IMG/VR virus record: IMGVR_UViG_3300037467_002029
Span: 18,212-82,211 of that record
Source: a virus
Lineage: Duplodnaviria; Caudoviricetes
Strand: one strand, 5' to 3'
Length of the DNA: 64,000 nt
In this document: positions 1-9,563 of the stretch, piece after piece
How the letters are laid out: each line of letters opens with the position of its first letter
Numbering within the stretch: the first letter of the stretch is position 1
Program-made: the position numbers and the translations under genes
The notes under the pieces: generated by a model
What the model saw: the letters and a program-made list of their open reading frames with translations, nothing else
The model's database searches: none
Told to the model about the DNA's origin: nothing

Positions 1-498
1 GTGCCCGGCCAGCTTGATCCGGCCCCAGGCCATGGTGATCAGCGTCCCGATGGTGGTCGTGTTTTTGTTATTTCCCAGATATTTGGAGGCTGGCGGGTCG
101 GAAGACTTGTCGACCGTCGGAGCCTTCATGAAGAGCTGTGAGATCCCCATCAGCGCCATTGAGGCGCCGGCGCTGAACAAGATCGAGCTGACAGCTACGC
201 CAGCGATTTGGCCCAGCCCGGGGATGAACGCTGCTCCGATCAGTGCCGCGCCGAGGATGATCTGGCCAAACTTACCGCCGCCGCCATACATGCTCGGCAC
301 GAGGTGGATCTCGACGGCGTCCGTCGGCGCGCGCAGCTTCTCCTCGGTGTCGAAATCGAGGACATCAATACGAAGCTCACGCGGCCAGTCCGGGAGCTGA
401 CGTGACAATCCTTCGATCGCATCGGCCGGTACGTCGGTTTGGATCTCGAACTCGCGTCCGAACCGGTCGGCGAGCACTCCGTGGAGAATGATCTTCAT
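1..498 (-). CDS. Tail tip assembly protein, lambda gpI-like (runs off window edge)
   Basis: Not in ORF track. Manual translation from ATG 498: MKIILHGVLADRFGREFEIQTDVPADAIEGL...GGGGKFGQIILGAALIGAAFIPG...TLITMAWGRIKLAGH. The Gly-rich hydrophobic segment and the position after L- and K-like genes fit gpI. ATGA overlap with the upstream stop. Confidence 0.7.
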   Translation of the reverse strand, partial: MKIILHGVLADRFGREFEIQTDVPADAIEGLSRQLPDWPRELRIDVLDFDTEEKLRAPTDAVEIHLVPSMYGGGGKFGQIILGAALIGAAFIPGLGQIAGVAVSSILFSAGASMALMGISQLFMKAPTVDKSSDPPASKYLGNNKNTTTIGTLITMAWGRIKLAGH

Positions 499-854
499 GC
501 GTTCACCACCACGTCGTCCTCGAGGACTTTGAAGGTGGCGACAGTTGGCTTGCCGTCGCGGATGCCGACAATGTGATGCTGGAGGCTCGGCCAGGCGCGA
601 AAGCCGTTCATGTCCTCTTCGGACAGGTTGGGGTCACGCCCGGGGTGGGTGTGCCACGTTGCGACAGCCCCGGCGGCGAGCTGCTCGAAGAATGCCTTCG
701 GGTCGATATGAAAACCCTTTTCGGGTTCTGCATGGATATTGGGCAGCTGCACGACGTCACCGTCGGCTGTGATGATCCCGCAGCACTCCGGCTCGCCAAA
801 GCGCAGGTCATCTGCCTCAACGAAGTCAAGCAGATTGGACGCGATATCGGTCAC
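495..854 (-). CDS. JAB/MPN (Mov34) domain tail-tip protein (gpK N-terminal-like)
   Basis: ECCGII...WHTHP...LSEED fits the JAMM motif. Likely start is GTG 854, preceded by AGGAG. Confidence 0.8.
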   Translation of the reverse strand: MTDIASNLLDFVEADDLRFGEPECCGIITADGDVVQLPNIHAEPEKGFHIDPKAFFEQLAAGAVATWHTHPGRDPNLSEEDMNGFRAWPSLQHHIVGIRDGKPTVATFKVLEDDVVVNA

Positions 855-1296
855 GCAGCAGACTCCTGAGATCGGTGTCGGGGAGCTTCGGCCGGAGGTC
901 GGGGACGTCCGGATGCCGAAGGATGAAAGCAGTCGAGTTGCGCCAGAAATCCCGGTACGGTTCGGCACAGCTGAAGCGACCCAGCCGGTGGTGGGTGATC
1001 ATGTTGTCACCCACGTAGATCGCGAAATGATTGGGGTTGCTCTCACCGATCGCGAGACAGAGCACGTCGGCGGGCCGAAGATCTTTGAACTTCCAGTCGG
1101 TAACCATTTGGAAGCCTTCGCGCTCATGGAGCTTGCGGATCAGATCATCACTGTCCGCGCTCCAGTCGTGCGGTCGGGCGTAGTTGGTGATCGGGATCTG
1201 GAAATTGTCCCAGAAGAACTCCCGCCCATGCGCGAAGCAGTCGCGGACACCCGGGAGGAACGATCGCCCGCAGAGGTGCTCGTACTGCAGGATCAC
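826..1296 (-). CDS. NlpC/P60 family tail-tip protein (gpK C-terminal-like)
   Basis: RDCF catalytic Cys motif and HFAIY...ITHH His motif; tail tip context. Confidence 0.85.
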   Translation of the reverse strand: MILQYEHLCGRSFLPGVRDCFAHGREFFWDNFQIPITNYARPHDWSADSDDLIRKLHEREGFQMVTDWKFKDLRPADVLCLAIGESNPNHFAIYVGDNMITHHRLGRFSCAEPYRDFWRNSTAFILRHPDVPDLRPKLPDTDLRSLLRDRYRVQSA

Positions 1297-1808
1297 TGCT
1301 GCACCGCAGGGTATGCGGGAGGGAAATAGGCCCTGTACGGAAGAGTGAAGCCGAGAGAGTCTGAGGCCGTGGCCAGTTGTAGCTCGATCGAGAGACGGCT
1401 GTACTGCGGCACGCGCTTCACGCGATAGGAGCGCTCCTGCCTGATCAATCGATTGTTCAGCAGGTTGTCGAGCAGGATGACGATATGTTTGACAGTCCCG
1501 CCTTCGAGATAGCCGTCATAGACCAATGGCTTGAACGGCGAGAGGTCGACGGTGCCGTCACCGATGGTGAGTTTTGGAAGTAGAGAACTGCCGTCCGTCG
1601 ACTTCTTGAAGCCGGTCATGGCGATCGGCAGGCCCTCATAGGTGTGACCCTGCCAGTCGACGTTGTTGTCGCCCTTGAAGTAGATCGTGCCGCTGCCGTC
1701 GTTGGGCGTGAGCTCGAAGAGGTCGATCTCCGCATCGGCCTCAAGCTTGTGGGCATCCTGGATATGTTCAGCGGGGATCGAGGTCACACGGCGCGGTGTA
1801 TGGGTCAC
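1293..1808 (-). CDS. Minor tail protein, lambda gpL-like
   Basis: IDLFELT...IYF...WQGHTYEGLPIAMTGF...PKLTI pattern; gene order L-K-I. Confidence 0.7.
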   Translation of the reverse strand: MTHTPRRVTSIPAEHIQDAHKLEADAEIDLFELTPNDGSGTIYFKGDNNVDWQGHTYEGLPIAMTGFKKSTDGSSLLPKLTIGDGTVDLSPFKPLVYDGYLEGGTVKHIVILLDNLLNNRLIRQERSYRVKRVPQYSRLSIELQLATASDSLGFTLPYRAYFPPAYPAVQQ

Positions 1809-1848
1809 CGTTCGTGGTGGAACAGGACGGGCTGTGACTTAGGCCCGG

Positions 1849-1865
1849 AAGTGACCGGGTCACTT
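1849..1865. promoter_or_regulatory. 17-bp palindromic element
   Basis: AAGTGACCGGGTCACTT, intergenic upstream of the gpL-like gene. Confidence 0.7.
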
Positions 1866-1871
1866 CATATG

Positions 1872-1901
1872 AAAAGGGCCGGAGCTTTCGCCCCGGCCCT
1901 T
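1872..1901 (-). terminator. Intrinsic terminator after tail tube gene
   Basis: Minus strand AAGGGCCGGGGC-GAAA-GCTCCGGCCCTT-TTC. Confidence 0.7.
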
Positions 1902-1941
1902 CCACTCACCGCAGAGAAGAGGCCCGTCTGCGGGAACTGGC

Positions 1942-2781
1942 TTAGGCGGCGTAGAGCCGGCCTGCGGCCTTGGTACCGATCTCGACGAGGCGCCCAGTGG
2001 CGGCTTCCGAGGCGGTGAGCAGGAGTCCACGCATTTCCCAGGGCATCGCGCCGTACTGGGTCTCGGTGAAGGACAGATTGAAACCCTTCGTGACCTGGAC
2101 CTTGGGCGCAACGTAGACGACCGGGCGGCCGAAGTTGGCGAGCGTACCGACGATCTTGACCGAGAACAGGTCGCCCTGGTCCGTCGAACCGGCCTCCATC
2201 TCGGTCACGACCCAGACGACCGCACCGGCCGGGAAGCTCATTCCGGCTGGGATCGGGAAACCCGCAATCGACACCGTGTGATCGCCGGCCGCAAAGGTGG
2301 AATCCGCCGCGGCGCGGCACGGAAAAACATAGCCGTCGATTGTGGGATGCTGAATAAGGAGCGTGTCACCCGCTTTGATGACCGCAGCAGCCGAGCCGAG
2401 CGTGCTGAGCGCTTCACCCGGGATCGGATAATCGTTGAGCGTCAGCGAAACCGCCGCTGCCGCCGCTGCCGTCTTCAGCTTGCCACGAAGCGGCTGACGA
2501 GCAGCCGTGCCAAAACCTTGCGCGCGAAGCAGGTTGTCAGCCGAATATTCCTGAACGGAACCGGTGATCTGCGACTGTACATTCGTCCTCTTGGTGTCGA
2601 CAAGCGCCTGGGCGATGCCGGCCGTCAGGTCGAGGTTCGAGCTGTCGACCACGACAGCGATTTCCTTCGCCAGGCCCACGGAGTGGTCGGCGGGGTTCAG
2701 GTCAAATACGGGGACGTCTCCGAACTTCGCCATCATCAGCGTGGCGCTCGAGAGCATGAAAGCGTTCTTCTTTGCCGACAT
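1942..2781 (-). CDS. Major tail tube protein
   Basis: 279 aa, between head-tail genes and tail tip genes, followed by a terminator; beta-rich C-terminus. Call is positional. Confidence 0.65.
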   Translation of the reverse strand: MSAKKNAFMLSSATLMMAKFGDVPVFDLNPADHSVGLAKEIAVVVDSSNLDLTAGIAQALVDTKRTNVQSQITGSVQEYSADNLLRAQGFGTAARQPLRGKLKTAAAAAAVSLTLNDYPIPGEALSTLGSAAAVIKAGDTLLIQHPTIDGYVFPCRAAADSTFAAGDHTVSIAGFPIPAGMSFPAGAVVWVVTEMEAGSTDQGDLFSVKIVGTLANFGRPVVYVAPKVQVTKGFNLSFTETQYGAMPWEMRGLLLTASEAATGRLVEIGTKAAGRLYAA

Positions 2782-2878
2782 GGCAGGGGCTCCTCATGGG
2801 GTGGGCAAACTGTCGATCACCCCTTTGAGAGCGCCCCATCGCGAACTCACGGCAAAGCGCGGCCACCGCAATCCACCG

Positions 2879-3430
2879 TTATGTCAGGACTCCGATCGTC
2901 ACGCCGAGGGCAAGTTCAGCGCGCGTTACTTTCCGACCGTCGATGAGATCGTCATGCTGGATCACCTTACCGGTAATGATGCGCGACTGCTCAAAGCTCG
3001 CGCTCATGCGGAAGTCGCCCACTTCACGGTCAAGCGGTTCAATCGCTGCCCAGAACGTGCCGAGCTCGTCTAGGCCTTCATCTTTCTCGAGGTGGGTCAC
3101 GACATCCGTAACCTTCTTGCGCCGCTGCCATTTGACTTGCTGGGTGGCTTCAAAGAGCCGCCAGCTCATCCAGATTGTCCCCTCGGGCTGTTCTGAGGGA
3201 CCGTTGTCTCCAACAATAAAGACCGAGCCTCCCGGCGTGCGGATCACCATACCAGCGCGCACCGCTGACTTGGCGGTCGTACGCAGAACGTGTCGCGGAT
3301 TGACGAAGGCATAGACCGGGATCTGCTTCTGGTCCGCTTCCGAGATGACACCGTGAATGACGCCACTACCGCCCTCGATAACGGTGAGCGGCACCTCGAA
3401 ACGTCGTCCAAGTTTTGTCAGACTGGCCAT
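2879..3430 (-). CDS. Virion structural protein (hypothetical)
   Basis: Likely start ATG 3430 (MASLTKLGRRFEV...), inside the tail operon. Confidence 0.55.
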   Translation of the reverse strand: MASLTKLGRRFEVPLTVIEGGSGVIHGVISEADQKQIPVYAFVNPRHVLRTTAKSAVRAGMVIRTPGGSVFIVGDNGPSEQPEGTIWMSWRLFEATQQVKWQRRKKVTDVVTHLEKDEGLDELGTFWAAIEPLDREVGDFRMSASFEQSRIITGKVIQHDDLIDGRKVTRAELALGVTIGVLT

Positions 3431-3432
3431 GC

Positions 3433-3837
3433 TCAGTACCCCGGATTGTGATGAACGAGCTTCATCTCGAAAGCGTCGATGAGCCCTCCGGAGCTCGGGA
3501 TGGCCTTCGGGATTTTCAGCGGCTCCCTGAAGCGGACTGTCAGTTGACCAAGGTGAGGATGTCGGAAGTCGAACGGCTTCCAAAGGCCATGCTGCTCGTA
3601 GAAGAGCTCGAGACGACGCGCGTTGTAACGCGGGTTGGTGCTCTGATCGAAAAGGCCCGTGCCCTTCAGGTACCAATACATGCCCTGCAGCTGCACGACG
3701 AAGCTCTTCTGATAAGGCACTCGCGGCTTGGATGAGAAGTACCAGCCGTTGAAGGACACACCTTTCCCATCCCCCGACGGGGGTTCAGTTTCCGGCACCA
3801 TGTAGTCCGGACAGAAGTCGAAGAGATCGTTAGCCAC
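3433..3837 (-). CDS. Distal tail protein, lambda gpM-like
   Basis: 134 aa directly after the tape measure gene; F..FYEQHGLWKPFDF pattern. Confidence 0.65.
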   Translation of the reverse strand: MANDLFDFCPDYMVPETEPPSGDGKGVSFNGWYFSSKPRVPYQKSFVVQLQGMYWYLKGTGLFDQSTNPRYNARRLELFYEQHGLWKPFDFRHPHLGQLTVRFREPLKIPKAIPSSGGLIDAFEMKLVHHNPGY

Positions 3838-6800
3838 CCTGTGCCACCTGTTTGATTAGCTGCTTGGTCGGACCGCCGCGGTAAATGTCGTTGGCGACTA
3901 CCACGAGGACGTCATTCGGCCCCATCTGGGGCTTGTCCTCCGGGGCCACGACGTAGACGTTCATGTTCTGCATGGCCGGCGGTGGCATCACGACCTTGGG
4001 ACCGAAATCGCGCATTGCCAGCGCGCCGCGCTCATTGAGCGCCCGCATGAAGTCAGGGCCTACGCTGTCGACTGCAGGCTTCCGAACGATCCACTCCCCG
4101 TTCGCAACCTTGCGATAAGTGCTGTCACGATTGGGAACGCCGTCACGAATGTGCTCGCCGCGGTAGGCTCCTTTGACCTTGCCGCCGTAGAGCATCCCGG
4201 CGTTGAGATCGATGCCCGATGCGGCTTCTGCCGACCGGGCATTCGCGATAACGGAGTCACCTGATTGCCCACCAATACCCAACGCCGCCTGGAGGATCTT
4301 CACGACGATCATCTTCGCAATGAGCTTGATCAGATACTGGATGATCGACTGGACCATGTTGCGGAAGGCTTCCCGCATGGACATGGTCCCGCTGATCACG
4401 TTCCCCAGGAACTCTTCCATCGACGCGGATACGGTTTCAAGCGCACCGCCCAGGTTCATTTTGATCATGTCGGCCCAAGAGGCCGTGAGGTTGTGTGCTT
4501 CGCGGAAGTTCTGGACCGCGCCAGCCCAGGCCTGGCTCATGCTCGTGGGCAGCTCGGCGAGACCACCGAAGCTCGCCTTGAGCTCGGCGTTGTCGTTCGT
4601 CAGGCCAACGATCTTGAGGTGCAGATCCTCGAGTGACTTCAGTGCCGGATCGATGTTCGTGAGCAGGTCGTGCTGCTTCGCGGCGTCCGAGACCCCGGCG
4701 ATGTTGTTGAAGGCTGCGGTCAGGCCAGCGATACGCTGATCGTTGATACCGATTTGGGCGGCGTCGCGCTGATCCCTCGCGCGCGCGGCCTGGCGCTCGA
4801 GATTGGCTCGGACGTAATCGGGAACTTTGTTCTTGAGATCTTCGCGATCGAGCGAGCTCAGCCTCGACTGCACCATGTTGAGGCGGTGGTCGGCTTCCTC
4901 TTCGGCGGTCTTGGCGACGCGCTCGACAGCGTCGACCATGACCTGCAGCGCCTTGGCGATCTGCTCACCGACCTGGCGCTGCGTCTCTTCGCGCTTGGCA
5001 CTGATCTCGCGATTGAGGTCGTCGATCATGTCCTTGCCGCGACCAGAGTTCGGATCGAGCTTCAGCTGTTTGATCTGGTCCCGGACCTGCTCGGTGCGGT
5101 CGGCGATCCACTGATCAAGAGCCTTGTCGACCCGCCCGATGTTCTGCTGCAGGCGATCGGGCGTCAGCGTCCTACTTTGCGCGACGATGAGCTCGCCTTC
5201 TGGCCCGGTTGAGACTTTGCCCCCAGGGTTCAGGAGCCCCTTGATTGCGTTCGACAGCTCGGCGGCCGATGCTTTCAGGCTCAGCGAGTCAGCGGCGCGC
5301 TCTTGACGGTTGGCCAGCCCCCCATGGTTCTTCTTTTTTGATTCCGGTGCTTCCGGGTGGGCCCCACTTCCGATGAAGCCTTCAAGCTGCTGAATGAGCG
5401 CGTCGTAGGCACCGGCCACGCTGGCGGTCTTGCCCTGCTTCGCCTTCTCATACTGTGCGATCTTCGCCTTGATCTGGGCATCAGGCTTGCCGGCCAGCGC
5501 CGATGTTTCGGCCTGGAGCGCGGCGCCCTTCTTCGTTGACAGCTGTCCTACGATGTCGAGCTGACCACGAGCCTGCTGTGACGCGCGCAGCGCATTCACG
5601 CCCTTGTCGAGCGAGACTGAGAACTCATCAACGAAGTGCTTAAGCTCGGCCGGGAGTTTTGCGGCAGCGTCGAACAGCTGCCGGCGGAGCGTATCATTGC
5701 CCGGGTCGGCGATGACTGACTGGTAGAGCCCCTGCACGTTCTTCGGCAGGCGATTGAACGCTCCGTTCTGGAGCCCCGTCTGGGTGATCGAGTTCGCCTG
5801 ACCGATGAACTGTCCGCCCTGAGCGCGTGCGGCGACCGCCTGCGTTTGAAGCGCGCTGCCGAGAGTCCGCAGCTGCTCGAGCCGATAATTGCGAAGCGCC
5901 GCAGTCAGGTTGTCATAGCTGACCGTCGTGCTGTCGAGGTACGACGCAAGCCCCTGAAAGCGCGTGGAGAGTGTGGCGACTTCCGCCTGGAGCGCCATCT
6001 GATTGGAGCTGAGCTCCTTACCCCGAACGTAAACACGAGCCGTCGCGTCGTCGAGCGACGCGAGGACAGTGCGCTGCTTGCCAACAGCTTCTGTCGCCTG
6101 ATTGAAGGCGGTCGTTGTCCGCTCAATCCCTTCAGCGTGAGCGTCTTCGGCGTCAGCGAGATCGTCCTTGATCCGCTGGTAGTCTTCCATCTGCTGCAGG
6201 ATCTGAGCCTGCTTCTCGGTGTCGAAATAGCCCGTCGCCGAATACGCCCGCTCGAGCTTGGTGAGCGTTTCATCGGACAGGTTGTCATTGACCGTCTTGA
6301 AGTAGCTCTCGAGCGCGTCGGTGGCTGGCTTGATGGCATTGCTCGTCGTGTCGTTGACGATGTTCTTGAACCGCTGCCATTCGGCGGCGAGCGAGTCCTG
6401 ACCCTTGGCCGCCGCTTCCGCCGCCTGGCCGATCTGGTTCTGAGCGATGATCTGCTGCTGGATCTCCTCACGATTGTTGCGGAGAACCAGGTACGCCGCG
6501 GCGGCGCGCGTCTCGAGCGTCTTGTAAGCCGCGGCGCTGTCAAAGCCGGCGGCGGCCAATCGGTTGAGCACCTCGGGCAAGCCGAGCTGATCGACGTCGA
6601 TGTCGGCCATCGACAGGTGAAGCTTCTTGAGCTCCGCCGCGAGCGCTTTCGTCGGCGTCTGCAGGTCGACCAGGAATTGGCGGATGCCGGTTCCGATGGT
6701 CGAGCCTGAACGAATGCCGGCATTGGCCATCGTGGCCATGACAGCTGTCAGCTCCTCGAAGCTGATCTTGTTCTCGTGTGCGGTCGCACCGGCATATTGG

Positions 6801-8374
6801 ATGCCGAGCGCCACCTGCTGGATGTTGAGCTTCGTGCGGTTCAACGCCGAAGCGAGCACGTCATTGATGTGAGCGGTTTCGCCGGCCTGCAACTGGAAGG
6901 CACCGATCGCTGCCGTGACCACATCCGTGGCTTCGGCGATCGAGGTACCCGACGCGGTGGCGAGCTGCGAGATGCTCTTGAGCGAGTCCGCGATTTCGCC
7001 CTGGGTGAAGCCCGCCTGGGCGAGGATTGTTGCGGACTGGGCGAGGTCGAGGGTCGAGAAGCGCGACTGCTTGCCGACATCGGCAATCGTCTGCGCGAGC
7101 TCGGCCTGCTGCGTCGCGGTCGCGCCCGAGATCGCACCGAGCTTGGCGATGGCATCCTCGAACTCGATCGAATAGGTGATGCCATCCTTGATCGCGCCGA
7201 TCGTGGCGTAGATCGCCGCCGCCGCGGCGCCATAAGCCGCGGTGCGCGCGAAGATGCCGCCGACACCGGTACTCCCGAACAGGCCGCCCCCGCCTCCGTT
7301 GGCGGGCTTCTGCGCCTGACGGTTCGCGCGCTCCTGCTGGGCGGTCTCACTTTCGAGCGCCCGCACGCGCCGGTTAATGATCTGCAGCCGGGCCTCGTCG
7401 ACCTTGAGCTGCTGCTCGGCACTGACCTTCTCCTGGCCGCTGAGTACCCGGGTCTTCTCGATCTGCCTCGCGATCGCCGCTTCGAGGTCAGCCTGGCGGA
7501 TCTTGGCGCCGTTGAGCTCGAGCTGCGCGGCTAGAGCGCGCTCCTCGTTGCGACCGCTGCGAATATCGAGCGCGGCATTGATGCGGCCGTCGGAGGTTAC
7601 GACCTTGTTGTTCGCGCGCTGCTCGGCCCCGATACGGCTCTCGGCCAGCTTCAGCCGCTCGCGCTCCTGCGCGATGATCAGGTGCAGCTGGCGATCTTCC
7701 TCGTTGCCGATCTTGCCGAGCATGCCTCGGGCTTCGGTGATGCGGTTGACCGCCAGGAGCCGCTGGTTCTCAAGATCTCGGAGTGTCGTCGCGTTCTGGA
7801 CGTCACCGCGCATTGTCTCGCGGCCGTTCTTGAACCTGTTCTGCTCGGTCAGGCGCGCTTGTTCGCGCTCAGCCTGCATCGCTTGTGCGCGCTCGCGCTC
7901 CCAGCGTTGGGTGGCGAGCCGCTCCTTCGTCTGCTCGAGCTTGATCGCCGAGGCCGTCCGATCACGATCGTAGGAGGCCCACATCTGAGCCTCCTGGGAC
8001 ATCCGCTTTTGGGAGAGCTGGGTCTTCTGAGCCTCGAGCTGCTGCCAGGTGCGTTCCTCTTCCTGGGCGCGCTGGCGCATCTGCTGAGCCTGCACCGCCA
8101 TCTGGCCTTGCGGCGAGGCAGCGAACACCTTGGCGTTGATGCTCTGGACGTTCTTTTCGAAGCGCTCGAGGGCCGAGATCGTCTTGTTGAAATCGCCGAG
8201 CGTCTTCTGGAGTGAGCCGCCGAAGCCATTCGCGGCTTCTCGAGCCTTCGTCTGGATCGCGGTTACGGAGGCCTGGATCTGCTGGACGCGGCGGGCGACC
8301 TCATCGAACGCCTTGAAGACGGCCTGGCCGTCTGCGTCGAGAATGACATCGGTTTCGACTGTGCCGCCGCTCAT
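3830..8374 (-). CDS. Tape measure protein (TP901-like core)
   Basis: 1514 aa, Ala/Gln/Glu-rich helical sequence; core motifs LAQAGF...LATASGT...LNRTKL...YAG...GSTIGTGIR. Confidence 0.92.
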   Translation of the reverse strand: MSGGTVETDVILDADGQAVFKAFDEVARRVQQIQASVTAIQTKAREAANGFGGSLQKTLGDFNKTISALERFEKNVQSINAKVFAASPQGQMAVQAQQMRQRAQEEERTWQQLEAQKTQLSQKRMSQEAQMWASYDRDRTASAIKLEQTKERLATQRWERERAQAMQAEREQARLTEQNRFKNGRETMRGDVQNATTLRDLENQRLLAVNRITEARGMLGKIGNEEDRQLHLIIAQERERLKLAESRIGAEQRANNKVVTSDGRINAALDIRSGRNEERALAAQLELNGAKIRQADLEAAIARQIEKTRVLSGQEKVSAEQQLKVDEARLQIINRRVRALESETAQQERANRQAQKPANGGGGGLFGSTGVGGIFARTAAYGAAAAAIYATIGAIKDGITYSIEFEDAIAKLGAISGATATQQAELAQTIADVGKQSRFSTLDLAQSATILAQAGFTQGEIADSLKSISQLATASGTSIAEATDVVTAAIGAFQLQAGETAHINDVLASALNRTKLNIQQVALGIQYAGATAHENKISFEELTAVMATMANAGIRSGSTIGTGIRQFLVDLQTPTKALAAELKKLHLSMADIDVDQLGLPEVLNRLAAAGFDSAAAYKTLETRAAAAYLVLRNNREEIQQQIIAQNQIGQAAEAAAKGQDSLAAEWQRFKNIVNDTTSNAIKPATDALESYFKTVNDNLSDETLTKLERAYSATGYFDTEKQAQILQQMEDYQRIKDDLADAEDAHAEGIERTTTAFNQATEAVGKQRTVLASLDDATARVYVRGKELSSNQMALQAEVATLSTRFQGLASYLDSTTVSYDNLTAALRNYRLEQLRTLGSALQTQAVAARAQGGQFIGQANSITQTGLQNGAFNRLPKNVQGLYQSVIADPGNDTLRRQLFDAAAKLPAELKHFVDEFSVSLDKGVNALRASQQARGQLDIVGQLSTKKGAALQAETSALAGKPDAQIKAKIAQYEKAKQGKTASVAGAYDALIQQLEGFIGSGAHPEAPESKKKNHGGLANRQERAADSLSLKASAAELSNAIKGLLNPGGKVSTGPEGELIVAQSRTLTPDRLQQNIGRVDKALDQWIADRTEQVRDQIKQLKLDPNSGRGKDMIDDLNREISAKREETQRQVGEQIAKALQVMVDAVERVAKTAEEEADHRLNMVQSRLSSLDREDLKNKVPDYVRANLERQAARARDQRDAAQIGINDQRIAGLTAAFNNIAGVSDAAKQHDLLTNIDPALKSLEDLHLKIVGLTNDNAELKASFGGLAELPTSMSQAWAGAVQNFREAHNLTASWADMIKMNLGGALETVSASMEEFLGNVISGTMSMREAFRNMVQSIIQYLIKLIAKMIVVKILQAALGIGGQSGDSVIANARSAEAASGIDLNAGMLYGGKVKGAYRGEHIRDGVPNRDSTYRKVANGEWIVRKPAVDSVGPDFMRALNERGALAMRDFGPKVVMPPPAMQNMNVYVVAPEDKPQMGPNDVLVVVANDIYRGGPTKQLIKQVAQGG

Positions 8375-8563
8375 CCAGCACTCTCAACCGGAGCGGGGCA
8401 AGCATTTCACGTATTGGCTGTGACTTAGCAGGCCACCGCGCTCAGATTTTCGCGGCGGCCTGCCAAGTCCCCTTTGACGGGGAGATGTCCGGATCACCTC
8501 CTTTCGCAGCCAAAGCCAATTGTTCGGTAAGACCGGACGAAAAGTGACAACAGCAAAAAGGCG

Positions 8564-8962
8564 TCAACCAAAGTTCAGTGCGGCATTGATGTTTGCAATC
8601 GCGGCATCGAACGAAGGCGCGTCAGCCAAGTCGGTGTAGTCGCCCTTCACAAGCGAACCGTCGCCGCTCTTCTTGTCGCCGAAGACACCGTTCACCACCT
8701 CCGCGAAGGCGGTGAACTGGCACATCATGCGGGCATTGAGCTCACCCAGCTTGAGCTTCACTCGACCGACGAGCTCATAAAAACTCAGTCGCCAGTACAG
8801 TTCTTCGAGATCGCCCTCGTCGATCTCGAACGCCCAACAAATGCTTTCCTCGAAACTTAGCTCTGCGAACCAGAGGTCGAGGGGGCGGGTTGGGCCTGGT
8901 CCAGCTTGCTGGCCAATAGTTCGGCTAACTGCTTCAGCCCGCCCGCCGAGATCCCGAAAAAA
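8564..8962 (-). CDS. Tail assembly chaperone, -1 frameshifted extension (GT-like)
   Basis: Open -1 frame entered at slippery T TTT TTC (8962-8956), continuing FFRDLGG...FELVGRVKLKLG...ALNFG. Confidence 0.6.
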   Translation of the reverse strand, partial: FFRDLGGRAEAVSRTIGQQAGPGPTRPLDLWFAELSFEESICWAFEIDEGDLEELYWRLSFYELVGRVKLKLGELNARMMCQFTAFAEVVNGVFGDKKSGDGSLVKGDYTDLADAPSFDAAIANINAALNFG

Positions 8963-9282
8963 TACAGGAGGTGCCCCGTCGCCCACTGGAGAAGCTTGTT
9001 CATTTCATCGGGGTCGTCGAGACCAAGATCTTCGGCAGCTTTGAGCTCGGACTCGTCTTTGATGAGCTTCTTCTCCGGCGTCATGCAACGCCGGAGAATG
9101 TAATCACGGGCGTACGGATCCGCGGCGATCGTATCCACGATGGCCCCTGGATCGGGGACCATGCGCTGCAGATCCTGGTGAAGACCGTAGCTCATCTTGA
9201 TCGTGTACTCGGACTCATCCTCGAGCTTGACCGTACAAGTCAGCGGAGGGCGCTCGAGACCGTTGGTTGTCGCAGCGGTCAT
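8857..9282 (-). CDS. Tail assembly chaperone (G-like)
   Basis: 141 aa upstream of the tape measure gene; contains the slippery heptamer. Confidence 0.7.
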   Translation of the reverse strand: MTAATTNGLERPPLTCTVKLEDESEYTIKMSYGLHQDLQRMVPDPGAIVDTIAADPYARDYILRRCMTPEKKLIKDESELKAAEDLGLDDPDEMNKLLQWATGHLLYFFGISAGGLKQLAELLASKLDQAQPAPSTSGSQS

Positions 9283-9494
9283 GCTTGCACCGCCGGATCT
9301 TCCTGGACGATCTTGTCCAGGAGTAGCGCACGAAGAGCGCTGTCGAGCGAGATGTGCTTGTCCATCCCGAGGCGAAGGAGCCGATTGGCCAGCTGGTTGA
9401 GAGGGATACCCTCGGCTTGCGCCTTCTCAGCAAGCTCGAGGTAGAATGGGATTTCGACGCGAAGCGTAAAACTCCTGTGGGTTCGGTTGGACAC
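9279..9494 (-). CDS. Ribbon-helix-helix (Arc/HicB-like) DNA-binding protein
   Basis: GTG 9494 after AAGGAG. RSFTLRVEIPFYLELAEKAQAEGIPLNQLANRLL shows an alternating beta strand, a helix, G-x-S/P-x-N and a second helix. Confidence 0.7.
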   Translation of the reverse strand: MSNRTHRSFTLRVEIPFYLELAEKAQAEGIPLNQLANRLLRLGMDKHISLDSALRALLLDKIVQEDPAVQA

Positions 9495-9563
9495 GGTGGC
9501 TCCTTGCGTTGACGCTTGAGCCTTATGGTGCACCGCGGTTGCCGGTGTAGAGCGCGCTGTGAC

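Noticed and set aside
8491-8504. 16S rRNA gene fragment
   Set aside because: Only 14 nt match and the flanks are not rRNA-like. Kept as a regulatory observation only.
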